The translations under genes and the position numbers were made by a program. Below the pieces are notes generated by a model, which saw nothing but the letters and a program-made list of their open reading frames with translations, searched no databases and was not told where the DNA came from. A stretch of DNA of 63,871 nucleotides, counting the filler, from Platydemus manokwari (Eukaryota), in NCBI GenBank assembly GCA_037951405.1. It is 6 parts of 6 records of this genome, joined end to end, with 100 filler letters (N's around TTAATTAATTAA, not from the genome) between each part and the next. Parts side by side here need not be neighbours in the genome. Positions count along the whole stretch, not along the records: positions 29,405 to 40,977 come from JBBMOY010587771.1; positions 41,078 to 54,021 come from JBBMOY011893609.1; 4 more parts are not named here. One strand, given 5' to 3'. This document shows positions 39,901 through 54,121 of the stretch, one piece after another; position 1 is the first letter of the stretch; each line of letters begins with the position of its first letter.

Positions 39901-40893
39901 TTTTTTTTAATTTTCGGAAAATTGAAAACATTATGAATTTGGTTCTACTTAAATATGCTCTTTATTCTTAAGTTTGACTCCTTATTTTATTTAGATTCGA
40001 ACTGAGTTAAAGGACTACTAATTTTGATTATAAAACTATATAATTGTGACATTTTTTTTACAAAAAAGCTATTACATAGGGCATAAATCTGACTTAAATA
40101 GTTGTCTTTAATTTTACAAATGACTACACAGTCCCGAAGTTTTCTTTAAAATTGAATGTTTCTGTGTTAGTCCTTACTGGTCCTAGAGGGCTCCAATAAC
40201 TTGAATGAGGACAAAGTTACGTGAAATTTAACTGAATTGTTCAAAAGTTTAAAACTACGTCAATTGATTGTTGTATCAAGAATTGTTTGTCAGGTTGCAG
40301 CAAATTAGTTTGGTATTAATAGAACACAATAATCAATCAATATTATAAACTGATCTGTGTAGAGATAAATAACAACAATGATTCGTCCTAATAAGATTTA
40401 TTAAAAAAACCGAAAAATTGAACAAGATGCAAAAGAACAACAAAAGTTAGCCAAATGGGCAACAAGGAGACTGCTACCACATATTCACAAAAGAGATATC
40501 GAGAATCCAAATGGAGGCGACTAATATTATGTTTAATAAAATATTAATTAAATTAGTTAATGATTAAGAATAAAGATAATATTAGTGCAAGGAAATGTAA
40601 ATTAAAAGGTTACTCATTCTCAAAAATCCTTAAATCTCATATAAATATAATTGTCGGTATAAAGTTTGTGTTGTCTTGAAGTAGCTCTTGCTTTGGTAAT
40701 CTTAAGAAATTTTTAATGAGTGAATACTACAAACTAGGCTGTACTTATATACTATTTTTATTGTATTCGTTACATTTATTTCCTATTTCATTATCATTTT
40801 AATTCAATTTTATGATTATTATTACTGTGTTTTTTATAATTATTTATCGATTATTTATTTCAATATTTTATTTAACTTTATTTTTATATTTTT

Positions 40894-40977
40894 TTATTAT
40901 TATTATTATCATCATTATAATCATTATTATTATTATTATTATTAATATTATTATTATTATTATTAATATTATTATTA
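40894..40977. repeat. (ATT)n microsatellite running into the gap
   Basis: Source of poly-Ile ORF 40812..41033. Confidence 0.9.
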
Positions 40978-41077
40978 NNNNNNNNNNNNNNNNNNNNNNN
41001 NNNNNNNNNNNNNNNNNNNNNTTAATTAATTAANNNNNNNNNNNNNNNNNNNNNNNNNNNNNNNNNNNNNNNNNNNN
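40978..41077. other. Artificial contig linker
   Basis: 44 N + TTAATTAATTAA + 44 N. Confidence 0.97.
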
Positions 41078-44000
41078 ATGCTTCCCGCAAATGAATCTTT
41101 GTAGGCAAAAAAATCGACATTTTAAATTGATTTAAAAAATACTTTCATACACAAATAAATAAATAAAATAAAAATAATAGTGAAACAAAAGGAAAAGAAC
41201 AAAGAATTTGCAAAGGTAATGAATCAAGCCAAAACAATATAGAATAGCTATGAGTGTAAGCTAGATCACACAAAGTGACTGTAAAATATTTGAGGTAAAA
41301 ATGATCATTAAAAATGTGACAAAACTTCAAAACGAGAATATTAAAAGTAAATACAAAAATGTACAGAGATTTCATGACATTTCTAAGACTGATTTTATCA
41401 ATAAAACATTATGTTTGAGCCATCATATATCAGAGTGTAACGATTATAGTGAATATGAAATACAAAAATATTCAAATCTAATCACAAATGGTCCCTATTT
41501 TCGAAATGAATAGAATTAATAATTCGACTATTTAAACAATAATCAAATCTATAAAGGTGGCACCAAAATCACCTACAAAGAAGCCAGTAAAGGTGCCAAC
41601 AAAGGCAAGAGTAGCGACAACACAGAAATGAAAGAAATGTCCTCAGCAGAAACGGCAACAGCAGCTACTGAAGCTACTGAAAATGCACCTACACAGGCGA
41701 CAGGCTTTTAGGGATTATTAAAGACATTCATTTTACACAAATTGAAACAATTCACTTACAGATTTATAAGGAACTTTGTTTAAAGAAAAAAATAAGAGCC
41801 AAGAAAAAGATTAAATTGTAAATTTTGACTTGACATTTATGATTTATTCTCAAAATTATTATTAAACATCAAAATGTTGTAAAATTAAATCTTGGCTATT
41901 CTGAAACCTTCTTTTATATTTCTTAGAGTTGAACCCACAAGTGGTTTTAGAATTTTAAATTATTAAGTCTTTTCCTAGAACAGGTCTTTGAAATTTTTTC
42001 AGTTTATGTTTGTGAGGCTTAAAATTTAAATTAAATTACTGTGGAATAATTTAATTTAATTTAATAACTTATAAAAGAAATATTTTTAATATATATTAAA
42101 AATATTCAATACGTATTTTGCTCACACATTTATTGTAAACTCTCATTTTAAAAGAATAATTTATTTTAAAAAATTAAAATTTGAATGTGTAATTTTATAT
42201 TAATTAAAGAAGGAAAATTTGTTTAGATAATCTTTAATGTGAAATATATTATTTACACTTAATTATGAGTTTTGAATATAATCTAAAAAGAGATGAAGTG
42301 TTAGCCACTAACAATGTTCATGTATGCATGTGCGAAATGTTTGGAATCCTACCGTAAAATGTGTAAATCTAATGGCTTTTATCATATTTTGCATGGCGAG
42401 CTTCTTTTTTGATTTCAAAAGTTATCAATCAAGATATTATAATTCCATTCACATCGACAACGTTTCACCATACTTGGAACAGTCCGATTAAATCGCTCAC
42501 TGTGCTCGTAATCTTTTTGGTACTTGAAAAGGCCTCACGGAACTGTGCGTCATGCTCGTATTCCACATCTTCAAGACAACAAGAGACGAAATCAAATTGT
42601 GAGTGCCACAAATGGCATTCGATTGTCTAGAAAACTCGTAACAAATCATTTACTTAGCACATTTCATTTTTCGATTTCATGTTTCCAAGATGTTCTTAAA
42701 ACACTTTTGTATGTCGTCTGTGATGTATTTACTTTTTTATTTCTTTTCATGGTATTGAAAGTCAGAATCAATTCGGCACAATACTTTAAATAAGGCTTTC
42801 ATTTGTTCTATTTTAAGATAAATTCGTGGTAAATCTACTTTTGTGGATCTACAGCTACAGAATAAGTTACTATTTTTTATATAAAAATTTTAAGGAATTT
42901 CTGTGTGACCAGTCTTTTATCTCTGCTGTCTTACTCGCACATGAATCAGCAGAATTTTGTAGAAGCACATAACTGATCAAACTAAAACTAATAATTTCCA
43001 ACCACGACCAATATTATCTGGACAATTAATATTATCAAGGAGACATTTTTCGTTTTTATCATGTTTGATACATGAGGCAAATATGCTATTTGTAGAATGT
43101 GTAACTGGTTTTAACATTATGTTAATGTTTTGTAAATGGCCAGTTCATAGTCAACATTCATTTCAGATCAAACCAATTTTGAGAGGAAGTTTATTTTAAT
43201 CTTTATACATCTTAGAATATTCTTGTTATGGAATCTTTGATCTTTTCATTGTCTAAACAGACAAAGAGCCAGTTACAGAACAATTAGCTAATCTTTGAAT
43301 CTGTACATTTTTTCATATCAAAGTTGGATTGTTGTAGCGAGTGTAATTCTTAATTAATATATCATTCACATAATATTCCCGATCTATCACTACAAATTCC
43401 TAAAAATAGCGATATTACACTTATTGAAATTTCTTTAGTATTCAATAAATAATCATCGAAAAGAAAAATAGTTTTTTTCATAAATTGATTATCAATTAAA
43501 CATGCGATCAACGGATTTTATTTATTCCAACCAAAAGCTTTAATCCTAATAACATATGAAAGTTCAGCCTTCTCAACATTAAACAAACCATAGCACTGAC
43601 ATCAGTCCTAAACAAATCCCAATTTCAAAGATGTGCAACATTGTCAATGACATTAATTTCAATAGACATTTATGAAATCCAATCAATAAAATAAACAATT
43701 TGTTATTCATTTTTATGTGAACAATTTAACAATTTTTATAGACAATATAATAGCCAGTTGCGTTATTTATATGAAAAATTGGTGTTTTATTCACATTTTA
43801 TTTATTGGTGTTATATTTATGCAAATTAGAAAAAATATAATTTCTGATTTCGCAATGGCAAATAAATAATAATATAAAGTGATAATGATAAAGTGCAGGT
43901 TGAAATTAAGAAATCAAGATTAATGAAGTCTAGAAATGAAATACACAATAATAGATCAATGACTTTTAAACAAAAATTATTAGATGGCATTTTCAATAAA

Positions 44001-47000
44001 CAAATTACAAAATCCCAAGAAAATCGGTGAGAAATGACAGTGAAATGTGAAAGATCAATGAAAAAACAATGTGGAAATATGCTGCAAGGTCACAAAAACT
44101 AGTATCAATGATAACACATAACAGTTTTCGAGTAAGTCGAGATCATAAAGCTGTTAAGTGAAAAGCTTGAATTGATCCACATTTAACATGGTTAACGAAT
44201 TTATTCGATTTGTGAATTTTTTATTTTGAATTTTTGCACGGAGAACTTAATAGTAAGATTTAGTTTGGTTTTACAATATTTTACAAATTGATTTTGCGTA
44301 ATGCGGTCGTTTATGTAAAAATTTAATGATAGTTTTATTAAAATCTCGATTTTAAATTTTAACTAATCGAGAATTAAAATCTAGCATCTTCTTGATCTGC
44401 TCCGCCCAAATTTTCAGATTCAGTGCCAAACCACCTGAATGTCTTTTATCTTTTTATTGTTTCAATGCTGTAATTCATTTCATTTTTCCACAACTTTTGA
44501 TGTTTATTCCAGTTTTATTTTAAAAAACACGTCGAAAATTAATACAGATCACAGATGTAATATTTACAACATTATTATAACAATTGAATATTAACTGAGA
44601 TCGTCTATTCCATCAACATTCATTGATTCACTATAGATATTGATTAGTTATGTTATATTTAGACTGAACAATTTGGCAGCTACAACTTTTCATCACACCT
44701 GTGATTGAAGTACCCAGTATTAGAGAAAATAACAATCGCTAAACAATATATTTAATGGAATTATTTTTTGGTACTCATGCCCAATTTTTAAATAATTAAA
44801 GACTGTGCTACAATTATTTCTGTACTTGTTGATATTAATTTCATTTTTGATGCCTTTATATAAGTGTTGGGGTTTTGAAAAATCAAATTGAAATTGTGAC
44901 AATTGATATTGGCTCCGTTTTTTGCATGCTATCTTATTATTGATATTGTGTATAAAACTCATCCTTGTATCTATATATAGAAGTAGTAATTATTGTTTCA
45001 TAATATTTTTTTTATCTGGAAAACGTCTTTATGGTTATCTATAATCAAAAGAAAAAGAATAAAGTAATAATAAAGAAAAAGAAATAAAATAATAATTATT
45101 ATTACAATTATCACGTAAAAATTATTCGAATAATTTTCCAAGAGAAAAAAACTAATAAATAACCCGCGATAGATATAAATTAATGACAGTTATTGACCCG
45201 ATAACCAAATTGAAATATCCGATGAATAGAAATAATAAATCATCCTCATTTATCTGAAATAGTAGGTTTTGAGGACTGATTGAATTCAGATATTGTCAAA
45301 GGTAGTAAAAATTAAGTAAAATATAAAATTAAAATTAACTAAAGATACAAAAAATCTACATAAGTACTGAAACAATTTGAGATATGTTTTGATTTTTGCA
45401 AATGGTATCGGATCATCAGAATTTAATGTGCTTGATGTTGGGGTTTCTGGACCATGGATGACTTGACACTATTGTTTGATATCATTGACAGTTTTATTTT
45501 ATTTTACTTATGTGAAAGCATTAGTAGAGAAATGTTTACAATTATGGAAGTTTTATTTCACAGATTTTTGAAATAATATTTCAAAGGTATTAATCATTAT
45601 TAGTATGAAATTGAAAAAAATTGTAATATCTTATTTTTATGGTCTCAATTTGGCAACTTGATGAAAGAATGTTGATAAATTAAAAAGTATAAAATCCATT
45701 ACAATAATTTTGCCCCAAAACCACTTTAGAATATGTTGTTAAAAGCAAATAAATTACAGATTAAATTCTAATCCATATATTCGTCACTTTCAAGAAATTT
45801 TCTAGCAAAAAAAGTATTGCGATTAAAAAAATCGCGGATAATTTTTTTTTGACAGTGACTTAAAAAGTCATTTAAAGCAGGACAAGCATTGTCAATTGTG
45901 AGCATTAATTTTAATTAAATAATAATAATTTTAGAATTTCAAAATAATTTAAAATAAGTTAAAGATTATTTTGAAATTTTAAATAATATAATAAATTTAA
46001 CCAGAGTCTACCGATGTGAAATACTTGGAGCCGTGTAGAGTGTCTAATAGTTCTTCTATATTTGGCATTGGAAACGCTTGTCTCTCCGTTATTAAGTTTA
46101 GTAGTCGAAAATCGAGGCATAATCTTATATCCTTTCTATATCACGCCCACAAATATAATAATATAATTAAATTCCAAAAATAAATCAATTCAAATTTGCA
46201 ATTAAGCTTAATTGGTTTGACATTTGTTTAGTGATAAAAGGATAAATCTTTTCTTTCTAATTAATGAAGAAAATGATAAAACAATCTCGAGTGTTTATAA
46301 AACCACCGGGATACCGAATTATAAACTTATTTAGAATTGAAATAGATCGAAAATTTAGTCTTAAAAATAACTTTAGTATTGCTCAGAATAAAAAGCTATT
46401 TTGTTGTCCGCAATAAGCATTCAACAAAACTATTTCAATTTTATGACCTCATTATTTGACGTCGTAAATATGAATTATTAATAAACGAGACTGATAGTAA
46501 ATATATCGATAACAATAAATAGATAGCACTCAATTAAACAATAGATTAAATTAATTAAGATAATATGGTATTCATTTTAGAAGACAACATAAATTACTAG
46601 TAACTACATAAGTACAATTATTTGAATCAATGATAATGTAGAATTAAGTAAAGAACTTTGTGATAAATTTGACAAAAAGAAAAAGTAGCACATGAGCAAA
46701 AAATATTAAATAAGCCGTGGATCTCGTTTTAAGCGATACTTATAGTATATTCTAAAATCTATGTATTCTTATTAATTGTATAAGTAAAGGCGCTGTCTTT
46801 CTCGTTAATAAAGCCGATTTTGTTTTTGCAATGATTGTTTGAGTTCGATTAATACTGTAAAATTATAATGGTGAATAAATCGAATAGTGTTTGTGTCAAT
46901 TTGCGTACATTCGTTACATCATATGAATTGGTTGAGACTGAGTTATATTATTACAACAAACAGACATCTAAATAAAAACAGGGCTGCGCGCTAAAATTTG

Positions 47001-48007
47001 ATGATTGAAATTTAAGCCAATTAAAACTTTCATTGACCAACTTGATCAATGAACAACAGTCGAATAATTTTTAAAATCTCCAATTTTCGATTATAAAGAC
47101 TTCAATGTGTTTACCATCATGTTATTTTAAAGGATATATAATTCCCGCAATGTAAGGTTAGAAACTACACCTGTTTTTACTCCGGCTATCCAACCTTGAA
47201 TAATCCTGGAATTCACTTGCGAGAATTTCTAGTGTAAAATTCTCCATAAATTTTTACATACAAACACGAAGTAATTGGCATTTCAATCTTCATGAAAATT
47301 GTAATTAGTTTTTCCAGTATTTTTGGGATTTATTTGAATTGATATTTACAAAATTTAATACTTAGCAGTAATGAGTTAAAACTACTTCATAGATTCAATT
47401 TAAATAATTTGAGTAAAGTCTTTTAAAATTATAATTACCCATCCATTTTAACAAATCTTGATAAATAAATTTGATCAATTTTGCCTCAAAGATCATATTT
47501 TATAGAAATATATCTAGTATTAAGTAATTAATTTGATAAAAATTGTAATATTTAAGCGGTTTTAAATTTGGAAACCTAAACCTTCAGCAGTGCCAGCCAG
47601 ATATTTGTTACCTCAAGACAAATGTGACACACATAATCATCTAAATGACGCAATCTATTGTATAAAAATAACAAACCCCGCAGACAATTTCCAAATTTGA
47701 AGTTTCGGTTTATTTCGATTAAATAAACCAAATAAAGAAACAAAAATATTTCAGTATAGAAAATGTTAAAAGCGTTTATGTGAATTCAAATAATAAAATA
47801 TAAGATTGTCAAATGCAAAACAAATTCACCAATCCTAATTTCTCAAAGACTAGTTAAGTGGATTATCGAAGGGGGAGGGGGTAAGACTGATAAATCTCGC
47901 TTATAAAATCATGTATTTCCGGTTCACAGAATGCTCCATGCATAAATATCATGCAAATTTTATTAACTTGAAAACATTTCATTTTATTATTATTATTGGA
48001 TACTCCA

Positions 48008-48090
48008 ATCATCATCATCATTATTAGCATCATATCTCATATCTCATCAACATCATATATCATCATCATCATCAACATCATTCATCATCA
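48008..48090. repeat. Imperfect (CAT)n repeat at the ATXN2 stop and 3' UTR
   Basis: catcatcat runs abut and include the TGA stop. Confidence 0.8.
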
Positions 48091-50816
48091 CTGTCTGCCA
48101 TTGGTGATATATCCCTGAATAGGAGCACCATTTTGTAGCTGTGATTGCTGCTGCTGCTGCTGTTGTTGTTGTTGATTCATAATCAAATGCTGAAAGTTGG
48201 CAGGATTGATTGCTTGTGGATGTTGAGATTGTGGATAATAAGCATTCAATTGTTGCGGTTGCGGATTCTGCGGTGGTTGTTGTTGGTGATGGATTGACAT
48301 TTGGTTAGTGGTTTGAAGAATTGGAATGTGCTGTAACAAATGAGACTGGCGCAATTGATGTAACGAATTGGTGTGATTGATTTGGTTATTATTGTCAATA
48401 TTTGGTGGATACAAATGGGTACCTTCACTGACACCTAATGAATGATCTTGTGGTATCAGAAATTGTGTATTGATAATGGATGGATAATAAACTGATCCGG
48501 GTTGAACAGCTTCCGGTTGCATTTGACGACCTGGTATCATGTGTTGTATGACTTGATTAGGTTGGAGATAAGGTTGTAGCACATATTGTCCAGATGTTGC
48601 AGCCGGAATCGGTAGGCCCCATTGTGGATTATGAATCATTCTTTGAGTAGGATAGGAGGGTATTTGGGGTGTAATCTGTGGTTGCATTGGCATTGTATGC
48701 ATAGGAGCGAGTCGATGGATTTGAAACATTTGTTGCTGTTGTTGTTGTTGTTGTTGCTGATGTTGCTGTTGCTGTTGTTGTGCAGATTCAAGGCTCACAG
48801 ATTGACAGTTATCAGTTATTTCTTCGATTGGTTCTGGTATTTCATCAAGTTGCTTTTGGCGTGGGCGGAACTCTGGTGCATTTGGATTGAGCTTAACAAG
48901 TGGTACTGCAATCGGTGTTTCGGATTTGAGAGCTAAAATTCAATTGAATATTTATCAAATGAAATCCATAACCATAGAATAGTAGTGAGACGTTCAAATC
49001 ACAAACCATATCACAACGCATGATAAATGCAAGATATAAACAATAACACCCACCCGAAGAAGGCACAACTGCGCTGAACATCAATTCCTCATCCTCTCCA
49101 GTATCGTCATCCAATAATCTGCCGCGTTTCATACTGTTTTCATTTTCGATTTCCTTTGCCAAACGCTCGGCCCTTTCAACCTTTTCCTTCAAAAGCGGAT
49201 CGGTTTGATCGATTTGAGTCGTATATTCTTCCATAGATTCGTTGAAAGTCTTCTTCAAATTGAACCGTTCCTCATTCACTTTGAGCATAACTTCAGGATG
49301 ATACCAACAATTTTGATCTCCTTTCAGAGTATTCAAATCATCGTCATCATCATTGCTGTGTAATTGTGATTCGTCCTCGTCAAAATATGGAACAAGATTC
49401 TTGTCCTCATTTAAATTTAATTTCGTTCCTTGTTTTCGTTGACTTATTTCTTGGTCGATAATAACGCTCTCTGAAAAATCTATAGTAAGACACAATTGTA
49501 TCGTTAAAAAAAAGCAGGAGGTAAATTAAAAAAAAATCAAAGAACATTCACAACATTAAATTATGATAAAGTCTGTGTTAATCAAATCCAATTCACCGCA
49601 ATTAAATATTGTAAATACATTTTCTGTCATCTCTCAACATACAGAAGTGGCTTATAGACACTTCTTCTGTCGAGTACGTGTGCGAATATAAATATATTTC
49701 CCCATATCGCCATATGAAACACTAATTTTTTTCAAAATTACACACACTAATCAGAAAACTTTCTACTGGCTTTGATAATTAAGTCTCCCTTTGCAGCGCT
49801 TATTATTAGTATTGTTTTGACCGATAAATAATCTATTAATAATCACTAAGAATTCAATTCACCTATTTCATGATAATAATTAAATTATCATTAACAACCA
49901 CTAAAATATTATTAATAATTATTTAACATTTAATTTATATTTTGAAAAATTAAAAATTTGCGCAAGTTTAAATTGTTTAGGAATTTGATTTACTAAAACA
50001 AATATATTGTATAATTTTAGTTTAATAAATTGATAAGACCTAAATGTTCGAGTCTTTGATTAATCAGATCAATGATTTTAAATAAATTATCCCACTTTTA
50101 TGTTACAGACAGGTATTACAACAAAAAGTCCCAAGGATTTCAAGTAATCAATAATTTCGTATTTAACATAATTAGGTAACTCTGTATTACAATATAAATT
50201 TTGTTATAAATTATTTTAAACATTTAACATATAACAAATAATTCCATGAAAATACAAACCTAATTTCCCATTTATATTTAGCATTTTTATTTGCAAGATG
50301 TCTTTCACACTCACTTCTTTAAACTCATGAAGTTTTTTCATTAAGGGAAAGTTTTCATTTGACCCAATGTCAAAAATAGTCACCTTTGATAATCCCAATT
50401 TTGTCTAAAAATTAACAAATGGTAACTCATTATGACATTACTATTAATATCTTCATAATCGATATTAAAATCTCGTTAAATTTTCTTACCGTATCGAATG
50501 CTCGAAGAATACCTTCAAACTTCTCAGAATGTGTTATGATCTGCACTTCATTTCCCTATAAAAAATTTGAAATATTCAACAATAAGCAAAATATTACCAT
50601 CAAGAAGCGTGCAATTAAATACGTTGTTAAATCAGAAAAGGTTTTGTTTCTATCAGAAATGAAATTAAAAGAATTATCTTGATTCCGAAAATTCTGTGCG
50701 ATTAAACGTTAATAATTTGCAATTAAAGCAACAATTTAACATACGTTTTTATTGTCATTACAATTAGAAATTCTGCTACGTCCTCGGGGATATTTTTTTC
50801 GAAAATTTGTATTCAT
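48088..50816 (-). CDS. ATXN2: Ataxin-2 homolog (Lsm, LsmAD, PAM2, Q/P-rich tail), 546 aa predicted
   Basis: Phase-consistent exons 50816-50745, 50693-50598, 50555-50490, 50404-50260, 49470-49054, 48932-48088 (1641 nt). Lsm: GNEVQIITHSEKFEGILRAF. LsmAD: MLKVNEERFNLKKTFNESMEEYTTQID...ERAERLAKEIE...EDEELMFSAV. PAM2: KLNPNAPEFRP (about 48862-48894). Two polyQ runs follow. Confidence 0.92.
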
Positions 50817-52297
50817 AATTAAAATTTTATCTGTAATAAAGTTATTTAGATTTTACGTTATAAGAAATGACTAAATATAAAATTTTAAATAAACTAATAA
50901 GTTTACTTTAATAACTAATAAATGTGACAACCATATAAATAATTTATAATTTAAACAAATTAAATTAAACACTTAGTTAATTATATAAAGATGTTTCAAT
51001 AAAAATAATTAATTATTAATTATTTACTTAATTAATAAACATTAAGTTTTTATTTTCAAAATAATAAATTAAAATAAAAATTTTAACCATCATAATATTT
51101 TTTTTGTGAATCAGTTATAAATATTACTTTACATCTAAACTGTTTAATTTTTGCCCAATCTGATAACATACGAAAAAAGCTGCATGAACTAAATTTCATA
51201 GAACAAGATAATGATACCTGTTCAGTTTCCTCCAGATGAGAAGATTTTCACCTTCTACTTTGGGAGCTTCTTTTAGTTACCGTGGGAGCTCAGTCTGTGG
51301 ACTACTTATTGCTTGTGTTTTATGAGTGATTCAGAGCCACTTTCTAAAAGAGTCAATTTTTGCTGCTTCGGTATTGTTGTTATTATCTCATCGATGCTAG
51401 TTCGTGGCAAGCTATTTGGATGTCTCTCTAACAGATTTCAATCAAGGAATTCCCTGGATGTATCCTACAATGCCTTTCCTCTTTTTACAAATACATGAAT
51501 TTCTCGTAATAAGGATTTAAGGCCATAAGAATTTCCAATTAATTTTCAATTCTCAAGGTGATAAACAACAATTTTTTAATTTAGAATTGTGCAGTATGTC
51601 CTTATAATCAGCCCCCAAGAGCTAACATAAAAAGATCTCTTAAATAGAGCATGAAACATATTATTATAGAAATAGCAAAAATATCCAAAAGTCACAGCAA
51701 GACCCCATACATCAAATGGGTCCAACAGTCAATTGTAGATCAGGCAGTAAAAAACAATTTGATCCGTATGAAACCATGTTCCAAAATGGTATTATTTAAT
51801 CAAAAATAAATTCAGTGGATCGTAAAAACATGAAATTTGGATGATAACATATTAAAGCATAAAGAAAAGTAAGTAAAGGCTGTAAGAACCTACTAAGAGC
51901 AACACGTAGAAATGTTTGAGAAGTTTTGGTACTCGCTAATTTTTTTATAAAATTGTAATTGAACCTTCTTTGACAAAATTTTCAAATAATCTTGTTTTCG
52001 GTGATTTCAAAGGTATAGTTTATTAAAATTTTGATTTAAAACTACAAAAATTCTTTTCAGAAAATTTTCAGAGATCGCCCAAGGTTAAGTTATTTTCTAA
52101 CCAAAATTCAGCCATCGATTTATATTTTTTATTAAAATTTGTTTATACATATCAGATCGATTTATATATTAACGATTTATTATTATTTTTTATTCAACTA
52201 GCTCTTTATCTTTCATCAACAATGTTAGCTGTTATTACCTTATTAAATACAAAAAAATTTATGAATCAATATTTCAATGTCAGTATTAAAAAATATT

Positions 52298-53340
52298 GGC
52301 TTAAATTAAGAAAGGTCGTCTTTTGATCCACTTTCGTAATGATTGATTTTCGCGCATGAATTAACTTTATAATTTAATTTTATAAATAATTTTCTCAGAT
52401 TTAATAAAGTAATTGGTTTTTAAATTTGTGGAGTGTATTGCAAAATCTATACAGTTTATTTAATTGAATTCTTTAAAAATATTTTGAATTCTTTATTTAA
52501 GTGCTTGAAAAGGATTTTAGTTATTTGAAATCAAATAGTAGTAGTTTCAAATAAAAACCTCTAGTCCCTAGAATTTAAACTCTATTAAAAATTAATTATT
52601 CGAAAACTGGTAAAAGTAGGTCAAAATACAATTTATAGAAACTTAGCAAGGACTCCTTATTTGACATTAGAAGCAAATGGAACAATATCCATGATTTTTA
52701 GAGTTATTTTATAATGTATGTGACTTGGAAATCATTCAAGCATGCCGGGAATTGGTTGCTTGTGTTTTAACTCAAAATAGGTATAACATAGTTTATTTAA
52801 TAGATTGGATCTCAAACCCGTCGATGCGATAATATAATGAAGATTCCATCAAAATCAAGGAAATCGTTAAGGTGGAGATACCACAAATACAAAATAAGTT
52901 TCAAAATTCGAATAGGTATTTGGTTCAACAATTCGGCCTTGTCCCCTTTCGATATTCTGATTTAAGTTATTTGCGATGCACGGGAGCCGCACATAAAATG
53001 TTCTACTCATTAGCCTTCTTAAGCAAACCAGCAATCACAAAATAGTAATAATTTTTATCAATATAAAACTAAAAGTTTAGAATTATATATCAAGGTAAAA
53101 AAATTGTCGATTCAAGTCTACGAACGAATAATGTGGCATAGATAAATAATTGGAGGCCGAAATATTGTTATGGAAAGTGATGAGACCTATTTCGGAAGGA
53201 TGCAAATATAATTGAGAACGTCGATAATTTAAGTTGTTGGAGTATTGGGGAGATATAATAAAAGGAATTGCTTCATATTTCCAGTCAGAAACCGAAACAC
53301 AATAGCTCTAGAAGCATCGGTGATAAAATTTATTTAATAT
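52298..53340 (+). mobile_element. Merlin (IS1595/ISXO2-related) DNA transposon, 5' TIR plus decayed transposase, 3'-truncated
   Basis: LRWRYHKYKISFKIRIGIWFNNSALSPFDIL (cf. WRC..C...SIR.GTWF..S.L), IIGGRNIVMESDETYFGR (cf. IGG....VEIDES.FG), CFIFPVRNRNTIAL. Terminus starts GG. Confidence 0.85.
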
Positions 53341-54021
53341 AAACATAGATATCTTCACGAAGCGGTGGCACAAGTCCTCACATCTTTTTATAAAGTTGAT
53401 TAATCTTTTGATACGTCCGGTAAGTTTGCTTCTATGACATTCTTAGAGAATTGCTAGATTATCTAGTAGATAGAGTTACTATCAGTTATGGTTGTGGATT
53501 GCTAGCTGGTTGAGTGCTCTTGACCAGGATGGTGGCTTGAGGTTTCGATTGTTGGTATGAGCTTTGTAAGTGACGTAGGCATCTTTTAGAAGTGTGCTGA
53601 TTAAATGCCTGGCAATGAAGGTGATTTGCGGCTTAGTAAGTCTGATGTTGGCTAGGACTTTTTTGTTTATTGGATCCAAAGAACCGATAACTCCTATACA
53701 AAGAACGCCTAGAGAGTTTTCGAATCGGGTCTTCGTTTTGATTTCATTGGCAATCTGAAGGTATTTTTCGTAGTTGAGGAGCCTGTTTTTTTCGAGGTTC
53801 TTCATGATGTCGAATGGTATTTTGAGATCGACAATGTAAGTATGCCTCTTCGCTTTATTTTTTATTATAAGGTCTGCTCGTAATTTAGTGTGGGTTTCTG
53901 GAGGGTTCGTGTCGATATCCGTATCATATCCCTTTGATTGGAGTTAGTTACCTAAGTGGTCCAAGATGATGGAATGTCTCTTTGATGCTAAACCAGGGAT
54001 CGCTGGGCAGTGGATAAATAT
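53341..54021 (-). mobile_element. RLE-type (R2-group) non-LTR retrotransposon 3' end and UTR
   Basis: IFIHCP...KRHSIILDHL...LRADLII...YIVDLKIPFD...YEKY...IGVIGS: zinc-knuckle tail, RH and (P)D-D-x-K motifs. One internal stop; ORF ends at 53482. Confidence 0.88.
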
Positions 54022-54121
54022 NNNNNNNNNNNNNNNNNNNNNNNNNNNNNNNNNNNNNNNNNNNNTTAATTAATTAANNNNNNNNNNNNNNNNNNNNNNN
54101 NNNNNNNNNNNNNNNNNNNNN
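54022..54121. other. Artificial contig linker
   Basis: 44 N + TTAATTAATTAA + 44 N. Confidence 0.97.

Noticed and set aside
40812-41033. Hydrophobic ORF
   Set aside because: (ATT)n repeat read through N bases.
42400-42800. Possible hAT transposase CxxH region (ICGTHNL) on the minus strand
   Set aside because: Single short motif that needs frameshifts; too weak to call.
45400-45520. Possible Ginger/GIN-type integrase relic (VNDIKQ*CQVIHG)
   Set aside because: Needs several indels to reach HGRPRHPQSQG; unsupported.
48622-48936. Antisense poly-Leu ORF opposite the ATXN2 polyQ
   Set aside because: Expected reverse reading of CAA/CAG repeats; no independent sign of expression.
52417-52700. Penelope-like linker peptide on the minus strand (PFASNVK)
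   Set aside because: Better explained as subterminal sequence of the plus-strand Merlin element.
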